DNA of 31,851 nt from a virus (taxonomy: Duplodnaviria > Caudoviricetes), in the IMG/VR virus record IMGVR_UViG_3300024264_002693, positions 1 to 31,851 of that record, one strand, 5' to 3'. The notes beneath the pieces were generated by a model that did not search any database, was not told the origin of the DNA, and saw only the letters and a program-made list of their open reading frames with translations. The position numbers and the translations under genes are program-made. Shown piece by piece: positions 9,056 to 18,225 of the stretch. How positions within the stretch are numbered: position 1 is the first letter of the stretch; each line of letters opens with the position of its first letter.

Positions 9056-10579
9056 ATGAAGATTTTTGGATTTGAAATAAACAGGCCACAAGACGAGGCG
9101 AACAATGAAGTCGTCTCTTTTGTGGAACCTCAAAATGATGACGGAGCAATTACTGTTAGTAGTAATTCTCTCGGTGGATTTTATAGTACGATACTTGATA
9201 TGGAAGGTTCCGCTAAGTCGGAATCTGAACTTATAACAAAATATCGTGGAATGGCAATGCAACCTGAAATTGCACAAGCTATTGATGATGTTGTTAACGA
9301 AGCAATATCAGTTGAAATGGACGAAAGCGTTGTAAATATTACATTAGGTGAAGCAGATTTACCTGATAAAGTAAAAGAACGAATCGTAGAAGAATTTGGT
9401 AATATCGTTTCTTTGCTTGATATGGCAAATAACGGTTACGATATGTTCCATAAGTTCTATGTAGATGGTAGGTTAAACTATCATGTTATTATTAACCCTA
9501 AAGATATTAAAAAGGGTATACAAGAAATAAGATATTGCGACCCTCGTAAATTAAAATTGATACGAGAAGTTGACAAGAAGAGTAAGGACCCACATAGCGG
9601 GTCTCCTACTAAGAAGATTAAAAATGAGTACTATATGTACTCAGAAAATGGATTTGGTTCTACTAGTGCTTCAGGAAGTGCTACAGGATTTAGAATCGCT
9701 AAAGACAGTATAGCTCGAGTAACATCGGGTTTGATGAATGAGAATAATAGTTTAGTACTATCTCATTTACATCCAGCGATCAAGCCGTTGAACCAATTAA
9801 GAATGTTAGAAGATGCTACTGTTATCTATACTTTAACAAGAGCACCTGAAAGAAGAATTTTTTATATTGATGTTGGTAACTTGCCTAAGAATAAGGCCGA
9901 GCAGTATCTAAGAGATATGATGACTCGACATAAGAACAAGTTACAATATAATTCATCAACTGGTGAGATTAGTGACTCACGTAAAATGTTGACAATGACT
10001 GAAGATTTTTGGTTCCCACGAAGAGGTGGTGAACGAACAACTGAAGTTGATACACTGGCCGGAGGTAGTGCTCAAGGTTTAAGTGATGATACAAACATGT
10101 TGTATTTTCAACGTAAATTATATAAAGCGTTGAAAGTACCTTTAACACGTTTAGAGCCAGAGAGTCAAGCATCCTTTGGTAGAACTTCAGAGATAACAAG
10201 AGATGAACTGAAGTTTGGTAAGTTTATTAAAAGAATTAGAACACGTTTTTCTTGGTTGTTTAATATTATTCTGGAAAAACAATTAATTCTAAAGGGTATT
10301 TTAACACCTGAAGAATTTGAAGCAATTCGTAACGATATACGATATGAATTTGCTAAGGATAATTATTACGACGAATTGAAGCAGTCTGAGATACTACGTG
10401 AACGTATGAGTACACTAAGAGATATCGAAGACCAAATTGGAAAATATTATTCTAGAGAATGGGTCATTCGTAACATTTTACAGCTAAGCGAAGAAGAGTT
10501 TACTGAAATGAATGACCAAATGGAAAAAGAGAAACTTGAGGCACCCGATGAAGAAGGTGACGAAGACAATCCATTTTGA
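9056..10579 (+). CDS. gp20: Portal vertex protein, T4 gp20-like
   Basis: NQLRMLEDA.VIY..RAPERRIFYIDVGNLPK.KAEQY, EDFWFPRR, EITRDELKF motifs. Confidence 0.97.
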   Translation: MKIFGFEINRPQDEANNEVVSFVEPQNDDGAITVSSNSLGGFYSTILDMEGSAKSESELITKYRGMAMQPEIAQAIDDVVNEAISVEMDESVVNITLGEADLPDKVKERIVEEFGNIVSLLDMANNGYDMFHKFYVDGRLNYHVIINPKDIKKGIQEIRYCDPRKLKLIREVDKKSKDPHSGSPTKKIKNEYYMYSENGFGSTSASGSATGFRIAKDSIARVTSGLMNENNSLVLSHLHPAIKPLNQLRMLEDATVIYTLTRAPERRIFYIDVGNLPKNKAEQYLRDMMTRHKNKLQYNSSTGEISDSRKMLTMTEDFWFPRRGGERTTEVDTLAGGSAQGLSDDTNMLYFQRKLYKALKVPLTRLEPESQASFGRTSEITRDELKFGKFIKRIRTRFSWLFNIILEKQLILKGILTPEEFEAIRNDIRYEFAKDNYYDELKQSEILRERMSTLRDIEDQIGKYYSREWVIRNILQLSEEEFTEMNDQMEKEKLEAPDEEGDEDNPF

Positions 10580-10617
10580 GATAAATAAAACTATATTAAA
10601 TTAAATAGGGACTAAAT

Positions 10618-11703
10618 ATGAAAAACTTTAAAGACCTACTTTCGGAAGTGGCCCAACCAAAGTCACCCGAAGAGAAAGCTTTTAAAGATCAGCACAAGAT
10701 TGAGTTAATCAAACACCCAGTCGCGCCTGATTTTGTTCATACCGGTGAAATTCCTGGTAAGACAAAGAAGGAAAGACCTGCTGATGTTAAAGCTGGGGAA
10801 GACGCAAAAAAATACGACGGTGGAGCAGCTGCTAAAGCTAAACCATTCAAAATGCCACGAAACATCGATGAGACTAAACTTTCATTTAAAGATTTAATTA
10901 CAAAAGTTTCTGATAACGAAGAACTTCTTGAAAGTCCCCAAGAAGAGATTTCGATGATGATGAAGCAACTACACTTTATCTGTTATGCATCTGAAGAGAT
11001 TATGGAATACCTTGGTGCTGAAGATATGGACCCAGAAGAATGGTGGCAGAATAAATTAGCACAAGTATTTGGTAATGTTAAATCATTATATGCATATGCT
11101 AAAGGTTCAGAAGTTGTTAAAAAAGACATTGAACAAGATGATGATTTAGATACAGAACTAGGTGATGATGATGTTGCTTTACCTAGTGATACAGAAGTAG
11201 ACGATTTAATGAATAGCGTATACGAAGACGTTCAAATCGAAAACTTAGTTACTGAATCATTCTTATTAAGTGAAGCTAAAATCGATATCGATTATATTGG
11301 TAACGATAGTCAAAAAGCTTCTCACGAAAAAAAATTCGGAGTTAAAATCTCATTAAAAGGAGATGACGAAGCATTTGTAAGCGGAGACGCCAAAAACGTT
11401 TGGAACTTTGCGGTCAACCATTACGGTGGTGACAAAGACGATGCTGCTGATATACATGGAAAACTTGCTAAAGAAGTTGGATATGAAGTATCAGAAGAGG
11501 TTAACGAAGCAAATTTTAAACCTGGCAGTCTTAAACTTAAGAATGGACAAACAATTAAAGTTGATTTTGCAGATGTAAAACATTTAAATCACTTTATGAA
11601 AGGTTTGAATCCAAAGAATAAGAAAGAGATGGAAGACCAGTTAATGAAAGACCAAAAAGGATTTAAAGAAATCCTTGCATTCGCTACTAAAGCGGGTATT
11701 TAA
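10618..11703 (+). CDS. Probable prohead core / internal head protein
   Basis: 361 aa, acidic and Lys-rich, in the slot between portal and protease; repeated (N/S)FKDL and L/V-x-E sites. Confidence 0.55.
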   Translation: MKNFKDLLSEVAQPKSPEEKAFKDQHKIELIKHPVAPDFVHTGEIPGKTKKERPADVKAGEDAKKYDGGAAAKAKPFKMPRNIDETKLSFKDLITKVSDNEELLESPQEEISMMMKQLHFICYASEEIMEYLGAEDMDPEEWWQNKLAQVFGNVKSLYAYAKGSEVVKKDIEQDDDLDTELGDDDVALPSDTEVDDLMNSVYEDVQIENLVTESFLLSEAKIDIDYIGNDSQKASHEKKFGVKISLKGDDEAFVSGDAKNVWNFAVNHYGGDKDDAADIHGKLAKEVGYEVSEEVNEANFKPGSLKLKNGQTIKVDFADVKHLNHFMKGLNPKNKKEMEDQLMKDQKGFKEILAFATKAGI

Positions 11704-11706
11704 ATT

Positions 11707-11946
11707 ATGGCATGGGTTAGCGTCCCAGGTTCGAACAGTATTTGGGAATATGAAAATACTGCAACAGCATCAAACACTTATAGTGATGCGAACGGAACCA
11801 CCACTGCTGGAGTTAGAACATTCACTCCAACCGGTGGAAATGCTCAATATACCTATGTAAGGTGTAGAAAGGCAGGACAAACTATAGAGCGTGGAGAGTT
11901 AAATAAGAACTTCTACGATAATAGATTTGCTAACGGAATTACATAA
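11707..11946 (+). CDS. Small hypothetical protein in the head module
   Basis: 79-aa ORF fills the gap between the core candidate and gp21; Thr/Gly-rich. Confidence 0.65.
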   Translation: MAWVSVPGSNSIWEYENTATASNTYSDANGTTTAGVRTFTPTGGNAQYTYVRCRKAGQTIERGELNKNFYDNRFANGIT

Positions 11947-11985
11947 GTAATAAATAATTATAAGAAATTTAATTAAGGTGATAAT

Positions 11986-12672
11986 ATGCAACTTATTACA
12001 GAACTAAATGAAAACCTAGAGGTGATAACCGAAGCTAAAGAGGACGGTACTAAGTCCCACTTTATCGAAGGTATATTCATGCAGGGTGACATTAAAAACA
12101 GAAACGGTAGAACATATCCATGTGATACTCTTGAAAAAGAGATGAAGCGTTACGAGGCTGAATTTATTAAGCCTAAGCGTGCACTTGGAGAACTCGGACA
12201 TCCCGATGGTCCTACTATTAATGGTGACAGAGTATCACACTTAATTACATCGATGAGGCGCGAAGGTAATGATTTTTATGGAAAAGCAAAAATCTTAAAA
12301 ACACCTATGGGAGAGATTGTAAAAGCTCTTTTAGATGAAGGTGTTAAAATTGGCGTTTCAACAAGAGGGTTAGGTTCGGTAAAACAATTAAAAGACGGTG
12401 TTATGGAAGTTCAAAAAGATTTCCATCTCGCTACTGTAGATATTGTAACCGACCCATCAGCTCCTAATGCATTTGTAAATGGCATTATGGAGAACAGAGA
12501 GTATTATTACGATATAGCTTCTTCATCTTGGAAGCCTCAGGAAGTAGCTAAAGTCCTCGAGGAAATTGTTGAAGAGGTTGAAAAGAAAATTACTCGCGTA
12601 GTAAAAACTATTGACGAAGAAACTGCACAGAGAATGTTCCGTACATTCTTAAGTTCTTTAAGAAATAAATAA
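11986..12672 (+). CDS. gp21: Prohead maturation protease, T4 gp21-like
   Basis: IEGIFMQ...NRNGRTY, ALGELGHP, GVSTRGLGS, VDIVTDPSAP.AFV motifs. Confidence 0.96.
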   Translation: MQLITELNENLEVITEAKEDGTKSHFIEGIFMQGDIKNRNGRTYPCDTLEKEMKRYEAEFIKPKRALGELGHPDGPTINGDRVSHLITSMRREGNDFYGKAKILKTPMGEIVKALLDEGVKIGVSTRGLGSVKQLKDGVMEVQKDFHLATVDIVTDPSAPNAFVNGIMENREYYYDIASSSWKPQEVAKVLEEIVEEVEKKITRVVKTIDEETAQRMFRTFLSSLRNK

Positions 12673-12713
12673 ATTAATAAATATTTTTAAACAAGTATTA
12701 AAAGGAGAAAATT

Positions 12714-13688
12714 ATGGCAGACGACAAAAATAAATTCGTTGCTGATGACGGTTACTCAGAAGTACCTCAGCCTGTAAAGCCTGAAGGTGGAGAGAATAAC
12801 TTTAAAAAAGGCAAGAAAGGCGAAGTCGAAGCTAAGAAATCAGATGTTAAGACTCCAGGCCAAGAAAAGGCTGGCGAGAAGGTACCAACTGCTGAAGAAG
12901 TAGAAACTACTGAATCAGAAGAAGTGGTAGAAGAAGTTGTAGTTGAATCTACAATCGAATCTATCTTTGAAGGTACTGAACTTTCAGATGAATTTAAACA
13001 AAACATTAAGCTAGTATTCGAAGCAGCTGTTAACGAAGAAGTTGCAACAAAGACTGAGTCTTTGAAAGAAGAACTAGAAGGTAAACTCGAAACTGAATTA
13101 TCAGAAGCTATTGATAACCGTATGAAGGATGTTGTTGAAAATGTAGACAAATATCTAGACTACGTTGTTGGTGAGTGGATGGAAGAGAACAAGATTGCTG
13201 TTGAAGCTGGAATTAAAGTTGAAATGGCTGAATCTTTACTCGGTGGTCTTAAAGACCTATTCAACGAGCACAACATCGAAATCGACGAAGATACATTCGA
13301 CGTTGTTGAGAGTTTAGAGAAACAAGTTGCTGAATTAGAATCAGGTAGTAACGATGTTGTCAATGAGAACATCACACTTAAAGCTACTATTGCTTCTATG
13401 AGTGCAGAAAAAGTATTTGAAGGTATGACTGAAGGCCTTTCCGACAATCAAGTCGAAAGATTCAAAGTACTTTCTGAAAAGCTTGACGTTGAAGATTTAG
13501 AAGATTATACTTCGAATCTTTCAGTAATCAAGGAATCCTTCTTTAGCGAAGGCAAAATTGCCGCACCTAAAGTAGAGGATGTCGAAGAAGACGAAATTAT
13601 TCTAGAGGAACAGGAAGTCACTAAACCAGCTTCTGATTACGACTCTATTAATGCTCTAGTTGAAGCTTTTACAGCTAAAACAAAGTAA
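12714..13688 (+). CDS. gp22: Prohead scaffold protein, T4 gp22-like
   Basis: Very acidic coiled-coil; FEAAV, VDKYLDYVVGEWMEENK.A motifs; between gp21 and gp23. Confidence 0.93.
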   Translation: MADDKNKFVADDGYSEVPQPVKPEGGENNFKKGKKGEVEAKKSDVKTPGQEKAGEKVPTAEEVETTESEEVVEEVVVESTIESIFEGTELSDEFKQNIKLVFEAAVNEEVATKTESLKEELEGKLETELSEAIDNRMKDVVENVDKYLDYVVGEWMEENKIAVEAGIKVEMAESLLGGLKDLFNEHNIEIDEDTFDVVESLEKQVAELESGSNDVVNENITLKATIASMSAEKVFEGMTEGLSDNQVERFKVLSEKLDVEDLEDYTSNLSVIKESFFSEGKIAAPKVEDVEEDEIILEEQEVTKPASDYDSINALVEAFTAKTK

Positions 13689-13750
13689 GGATTAGAATAA
13701 TTAAATTGGTTAAAAACATAATTTAATATTAACATAAAGGGAGAATTACT

Positions 13751-15070
13751 ATGAGTAATTATCAAGCATTGGTAGAAAAGTGGGGCCCTATCCTAGAGCA
13801 CGAATCTTTTTCACCAATTACTGACTCACATAAGAGGGCAGTAACAGCTACTATCCTAGAAAACACAGAAAGAGCACTTGCAGAAACTGGTGATTTATCA
13901 GCTAACATGACAAGCCTTCTTTCAGAAGCAGCACCAACTAATGATGCTGGAACAGGTGGTTTCGGGGCTGGAGCAACTGCAGGTGGTCCTGCAGCTGGTT
14001 ACGACCCAATCTTAATTTCACTAGTACGTAGAGCGGTTCCTAACCTAATCGCTTATGACATCTGTGGTGTTCAGCCAATGACTGGTCCAACTGGTCTTAT
14101 CTTCGCGATGAGAGCACGTTACGGTTCACAGGCTGGAGACGAAGCTTTCTATAACGAAGCTGATACAGATTTCTCAGGTGCTGGAACACACGCTAACACA
14201 TTACCAAATGCTAACGCATCACTTATCACGACTGGTACAGGTCTTGACACAGGTGCTGGTGAAGCTTTAGGTGACGGTGTTGGAGATGCATACGCAGAAA
14301 TGGCTTTCTCAATTGAGAAAGTAACTGTTGCTGCTAAGACAAGAGCTTTAAAAGCTGAATACACTACTGAGCTTGCTCAGGACTTAAGAGCTGTTCACGG
14401 CCTAGACGCTGAAACAGAACTTGCTAACATCCTTCAAACTGAAATCTTAACAGAAATCAACCGTGAAGTTGTTAGAACAATCTACAAAACTGCTGAAGTT
14501 GGAGCTCCAGGCTCTGCGTCTGCAGGTGTTTTCGACTTAGACGTCGATGCAAATGGTAGATGGTCCGTAGAGAAGTTCAAAGGCTTAATGTTCCAAATCG
14601 AACAAGAAGCTAACGCTATTGCAAAGGGAACTCGTAGAGGGAAAGGTAACATCGTTATTTGTTCTTCAGACGTTGCTTCTGCTTTACAAATGGCTGGTGT
14701 ACTCGACTACGCTCCTGCTCTTAACTCTAACTCTTTAGAAGTTGATGACACAGGCAATACTTTTGCTGGTGTTCTTAACGGAAGATTCAGAGTATACATC
14801 GACCCATTCGCTGGTTCAAACTACTTAGTAGTTGGCTACAAGGGTTCAAGCGCATTTGACGCTGGCTTATTCTATTGCCCATACGTTCCATTACAAATGG
14901 TACGTGCTGTTGGTGAGAATAGTTTCCAACCAAAAATCGGATTCAAAACTCGATATGGTATGGTAGCTAATCCATTCGCACAGGGTGATGCATCTAGCCA
15001 AGGTCTTGGTGCACTTACTCAAGATACTAACAAGTACTACAGACGTGTACGTGTAACTAACTTATTCTAA
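13751..15070 (+). CDS. gp23: Major capsid protein, T4 gp23-like
   Basis: LVEKWGPIL, PNLIAYDICGVQPMTGPTGLIFAMR, RALKAEYT.ELAQDL.AVHGLDAE, FQPKIGFKTRYG motifs. Confidence 0.98.
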   Translation: MSNYQALVEKWGPILEHESFSPITDSHKRAVTATILENTERALAETGDLSANMTSLLSEAAPTNDAGTGGFGAGATAGGPAAGYDPILISLVRRAVPNLIAYDICGVQPMTGPTGLIFAMRARYGSQAGDEAFYNEADTDFSGAGTHANTLPNANASLITTGTGLDTGAGEALGDGVGDAYAEMAFSIEKVTVAAKTRALKAEYTTELAQDLRAVHGLDAETELANILQTEILTEINREVVRTIYKTAEVGAPGSASAGVFDLDVDANGRWSVEKFKGLMFQIEQEANAIAKGTRRGKGNIVICSSDVASALQMAGVLDYAPALNSNSLEVDDTGNTFAGVLNGRFRVYIDPFAGSNYLVVGYKGSSAFDAGLFYCPYVPLQMVRAVGENSFQPKIGFKTRYGMVANPFAQGDASSQGLGALTQDTNKYYRRVRVTNLF

Positions 15071-15093
15071 GAATAACAATTAGTTGTATCTTT

Positions 15094-15121
15094 AGGGGAG
15101 CCTTCGGGCTCCTCTTTTTTT
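15094..15121 (+). terminator. Rho-independent terminator after gp23 with cUUCGg tetraloop
   Basis: GGAGCC-TTCG-GGCTCC hairpin followed by TCTTTTTTT. Confidence 0.9.
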
Positions 15122-15128
15122 GTTCATT

Positions 15129-15157
15129 AAAAAGGGACCATTAAGGTCCCTCTTTTT
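15129..15157. terminator. Second, probably bidirectional, terminator closing the convergent minus-strand unit
   Basis: AAAAAGGGACC-ATTAA-GGTCCCT-CTTTTT: A-tract before and T-tract after the stem. Confidence 0.8.
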
Positions 15158-15170
15158 GTTTTGTATCTTA

Positions 15171-15392
15171 TTACTTAGATACTACAAACTCATTTAATTG
15201 AGTAGCAAGTCTGATTATCTGCGCTGCAGTAATCTTTCTATCCACAAGTGGTCTGTAACCAGCTGTTTCATTATTGTAAGAATTATACTCTGCTATCGCA
15301 TAGTTTTCTCTATCAATATTACTCAATAAAATTCCTTCAGCTTGTGAAAGAAGGTCTGCTCGGATTTCATATCCGCTTTTTGTATCACTCAT
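15171..15392 (-). CDS. Hypothetical protein
   Basis: 73 aa, AGGAG RBS, last gene before the terminator. Confidence 0.75.
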   Translation of the reverse strand: MSDTKSGYEIRADLLSQAEGILLSNIDRENYAIAEYNSYNNETAGYRPLVDRKITAAQIIRLATQLNEFVVSK

Positions 15393-15418
15393 AATTTTCT
15401 CCTGTGTGTATATGTGTG

Positions 15419-15643
15419 TTATTTGTATTTCTTAGAAAAGTAAGTTCGTAGTAAGAAAATACGTGTATATGCTACGAAGGTCATAACTAAGGTAACCATT
15501 GTACCTAGTGTGACTGGGTCGGTAATCTCAAATTTTTCAATATAGAGCCAAAGAAGAAAAAGGTTTAATGGATAGTTAACTACCAAACCTGTTGCAATCT
15601 GAGTTGCAGTTTCTTTGTGTATTTGTTTTGTTGCTTTATTCAT
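15419..15643 (-). CDS. Small two-helix membrane protein
   Basis: 74 aa with two hydrophobic segments; starts 1 nt after the hemC stop. Confidence 0.7.
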   Translation of the reverse strand: MNKATKQIHKETATQIATGLVVNYPLNLFLLWLYIEKFEITDPVTLGTMVTLVMTFVAYTRIFLLRTYFSKKYK

Positions 15644-15644
15644 A

Positions 15645-16484
15645 TCATTTTAAAGATTGTCCTAACTTTTGACCAATTGCTAAATAATCTTCAATTGGTC
15701 CTTTATTGATGCTTAACTGGTTTGTTTCAAAGTTTTTTGCAACCATGTTTAATATCCCATCTTCAATATAGGATAATACGCCAATCGGTGTAGAACAGTC
15801 ACCGTCAATTTCTTTTAACATTTCTTTTTCGGCCATTACAGTATGCCATGTATCAATATCATTTCTTGCCCAACACCATGCTGTAATAGTTTCATCTATT
15901 GGTGTTTTAGGCTTTCTTGTTTGAAGAGCAATAACGCCTTGACCTGGTGCAGGTAACATATCTGCAGTTCCAAATACATGACTTGCTTTATGAGTTAATC
16001 CCAATGTATCAAGTCCTGCTTTAGCAACTACGATCGCATCATATTCGCCATTCTCTTGTTTAGCGATTCGACTATCAATATTACCTCTAATAGGGACTAT
16101 AGTTGCTCCTGGATATAACTCTTGTAACTGGTAAGACCTTCTAGGGCTACTTGTGCCTATGGTCCTAGGGTTTATATTATTACCGACTAAACAGTCACTA
16201 AAGTCACTTCTAGGTAACACACAGGTCACTTCAAGCAGGTCGTCGTTATCTCTTGTTAAATCTTTAAAGGCATGACATGCAATATCAATATCTCCATTAA
16301 TAAGTGCTGTTTCTATTTCTTTACAGAATACTCCTTTGTTTCCCATTTCTTCAATGGTTAACTCTGGATTTAAGTCTGCTTGTGAATGTATGAATACAGT
16401 TTCTAAATCAATGCTAAGATGATTTCTTGCTTTTTCAGTATATGCTACTGCTAACTGTGATTGTCTTGTTCCAATTTTGTACAT
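15645..16484 (-). CDS. hemC: Porphobilinogen deaminase (hydroxymethylbilane synthase)
   Basis: KIGTRQSQLA, KGVFCKEIE, DIACHAFKDL (catalytic Asp), IGTSSPRR, IRGNIDSR, PAPGQG, DGDCSTPIG (cofactor-binding Cys). Confidence 0.93.
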   Translation of the reverse strand: MYKIGTRQSQLAVAYTEKARNHLSIDLETVFIHSQADLNPELTIEEMGNKGVFCKEIETALINGDIDIACHAFKDLTRDNDDLLEVTCVLPRSDFSDCLVGNNINPRTIGTSSPRRSYQLQELYPGATIVPIRGNIDSRIAKQENGEYDAIVVAKAGLDTLGLTHKASHVFGTADMLPAPGQGVIALQTRKPKTPIDETITAWCWARNDIDTWHTVMAEKEMLKEIDGDCSTPIGVLSYIEDGILNMVAKNFETNQLSINKGPIEDYLAIGQKLGQSLK

Positions 16485-16496
16485 AATATAATTTCT

Positions 16497-16571
16497 TGGT
16501 ACCCCGTAGGAGAGTCGAACTCCTGTTGCCGAGATGAAAACCCGGTGTCCTAACCACTAGACGAACGGGGC
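16497..16571 (-). tRNA. tRNA-Glu, anticodon UUC, encoded CCA
   Basis: Reverse complement GCCCCGT TC GTCTAGTGGTTAGGAC A CCGGG-TTTTCAT-CTCGG CAAC AGGAG-TTCGACT-CTCCT ACGGGGT A CCA folds as a 75-nt cloverleaf. Confidence 0.95.
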
Positions 16572-16575
16572 GAGG

Positions 16576-16785
16576 TTAAATGTCTTCGTTAACTTTAACG
16601 AGCTCAATGTTATCACCTTCACCAATAGTTTTAACATAGCCCAACGAGATTAAAGTATCTATTGTTTCTTGTGTTATTCTCTTGGTTTCTGCAAACGAGG
16701 CATGAGATTTTTGTTTCTTATTAGCGAACCAATAACCTAATGTTGTATATATTGCAGCAGTAATAAAGAATTGAGTTGTATCCAT
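16576..16785 (-). CDS. Hypothetical protein with N-terminal membrane anchor
   Basis: 69 aa; TAATG overlap with the upstream gene; hydrophobic N-terminus. Confidence 0.7.
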   Translation of the reverse strand: MDTTQFFITAAIYTTLGYWFANKKQKSHASFAETKRITQETIDTLISLGYVKTIGEGDNIELVKVNEDI

Positions 16786-17069
16786 TAACTATCTCCGTAT
16801 CTTGCTAAAACTTTTTCAATGATTTTCTGTTGTGCTGTAAGCTCAACATCTTCGTCGATTTCTTTCTGAATTCTGTCTGATTCGTCAGGGTCAGGTATTT
16901 CAGGTAGAAGTTCTTCTTGTACGATAAATTTCTTATCGACAGCCATGCTCAATACACTATTCTCACTGAGTTCTTCGAGCTCAGTTAGCGCAGCGTATAG
17001 CACTGTTTCAGTTTCAAGCTCACCTGATTTGCAAGCTTCCATTATTGTATTAACAATATCTCGGTTCAT
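16785..17069 (-). CDS. Acidic hypothetical protein
   Basis: 94 aa with strong AAGGAGG RBS. Confidence 0.75.
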   Translation of the reverse strand: MNRDIVNTIMEACKSGELETETVLYAALTELEELSENSVLSMAVDKKFIVQEELLPEIPDPDESDRIQKEIDEDVELTAQQKIIEKVLARYGDS

Positions 17070-17108
17070 TATGCCTCCTTAAATATACTTATAATAAACA
17101 AGTTTTCT

Positions 17109-17705
17109 CTACGACGCTTCATTCAAGGCGTACGGAAGATGTCCGTCATATCCTTGAAATCCCTGCCACCAGCTAGGTGCTGGTCGACCCCAATCCCACT
17201 TCGCAAAAGGTTTTGCTGCATGGTAATAGTTCCTGTATGCCTTAACTGGGTCGCCTTCAACCTTACAGTCAGGATAGTGACTCATCGCCTGTGCGAATTC
17301 TGTGAGTCCAATGTCTGGTATATTTTTAGGTGGTTTACTGAGCATGATGCCGAGTTTTTGCCACGATACATGTTGTTTGTTTCTACGATACTCAAACTCA
17401 TTAGCTAAGCCTCTAAAGTGATCGTAGTGCCATTCATAGTTAGTCTTACTTTTTGCAGTCCATGTTGTACATGGGTGAAATTTATGAACAGCTAAATAAT
17501 ATAAATCATCTCTTTTGTCACCAAACGCGTAATACGTTTGTATTGTTTTACCAGAGCGAGATGGTCTTTTCTCTGGGATGCCGTCAAGCATACGATGAAC
17601 TGTTGAAAGCATTTGTGCACTTTCAATAATCATTTTACCAACGTGTTTGTCACAAACCATTTGAGCTGCAACTATAGGGTCTTCATGTAATACAAATATA
17701 TTCAT
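17109..17705 (-). CDS. Pyrimidine-dimer DNA glycosylase-like (DenV-related) phage protein
   Basis: MNIF.L..DP..AA...CDKHV.KMI.ESAQMLST, H..HPCT.W and AYRNYY...K motifs typical of this widespread phage family; the activity is not shown by the sequence. Confidence 0.65.
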   Translation of the reverse strand: MNIFVLHEDPIVAAQMVCDKHVGKMIIESAQMLSTVHRMLDGIPEKRPSRSGKTIQTYYAFGDKRDDLYYLAVHKFHPCTTWTAKSKTNYEWHYDHFRGLANEFEYRRNKQHVSWQKLGIMLSKPPKNIPDIGLTEFAQAMSHYPDCKVEGDPVKAYRNYYHAAKPFAKWDWGRPAPSWWQGFQGYDGHLPYALNEAS

Positions 17706-17917
17706 TTAACCCACACGTGGTTGTACTTCGAAGGATAGTTACTACAGTTGTAGATAAACCTTTCGTCGTAGTTAATTACTTTAACACATTCACCAGTTGA
17801 GTTACTGACATGCACATCGGGCATATAACTGGTTGTGTTTAAAATACTGACAAGTAGATATATCATAACACTAGAAATTAAAAAAAGTATTGAGTATTCT
17901 TTCGTTTTCGTATTCAT
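17702..17917 (-). CDS. Small membrane-anchored protein with Cys pair
   Basis: 71 aa, one hydrophobic segment, two Cys; ATGA overlap with the next gene. Confidence 0.7.
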   Translation of the reverse strand: MNTKTKEYSILFLISSVMIYLLVSILNTTSYMPDVHVSNSTGECVKVINYDERFIYNCSNYPSKYNHVWVK

Positions 17918-17919
17918 AA

Positions 17920-18225
17920 TTAAGCTACCTTATCTAAATGTTTGCACTGACCTCTGAACTTGAATCCAGGGCAACTGCATTTGTTGTCTACAATAATGTA
18001 TGATTTACCATTAGAACCTTTTACAACAATTCCGTTGTTTGGCAATTCTTCTTGGTACTCACTGATTTTTACAAATTTACGCCTTGATTTAGAAAACTGC
18101 TTCATAGGAGCTTTAAAAACTTTATCGTTGTACTGAACTAAATGTCCAGCACCGTTGACATGATATATGCCATTTGCAATTTGAGCATCACCCCAATCAG
18201 TTACTTCTTGTAGAACTTCAATCAT
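17920..18225 (-). CDS. SWIM-type zinc finger protein
   Basis: C-terminal CSCPGFKFRGQCKH (CxC...CxH) preceded by V.GS.G..Y. Confidence 0.78.
   Translation of the reverse strand: MIEVLQEVTDWGDAQIANGIYHVNGAGHLVQYNDKVFKAPMKQFSKSRRKFVKISEYQEELPNNGIVVKGSNGKSYIIVDNKCSCPGFKFRGQCKHLDKVA

Noticed and set aside
964-14364. Minus-strand and alternate-frame ORFs inside structural genes (e.g. 964-1158, 4534-4734, 6792-7199, 12767-13150, 14149-14364)
   Set aside because: Antisense or frame shadows of well-supported genes, with no RBS or family motifs.
4863-15070. Introns, inteins or homing endonucleases in terminase, portal or capsid genes
   Set aside because: The genes are uninterrupted and of ordinary length; no splicing or LAGLIDADG/HNH/GIY-YIG motifs seen.
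15071-15170. Absence of a gp24 vertex gene after gp23 as a novelty
   Set aside because: Many distant T4-like phages lack an adjacent gp24, and it could lie outside the window.
16497-16571. Suppressor tRNA or genetic code reassignment
   Set aside because: The anticodon is UUC (Glu), and conserved genes translate full-length in the standard code with TAA, TAG and TGA all used as stops.
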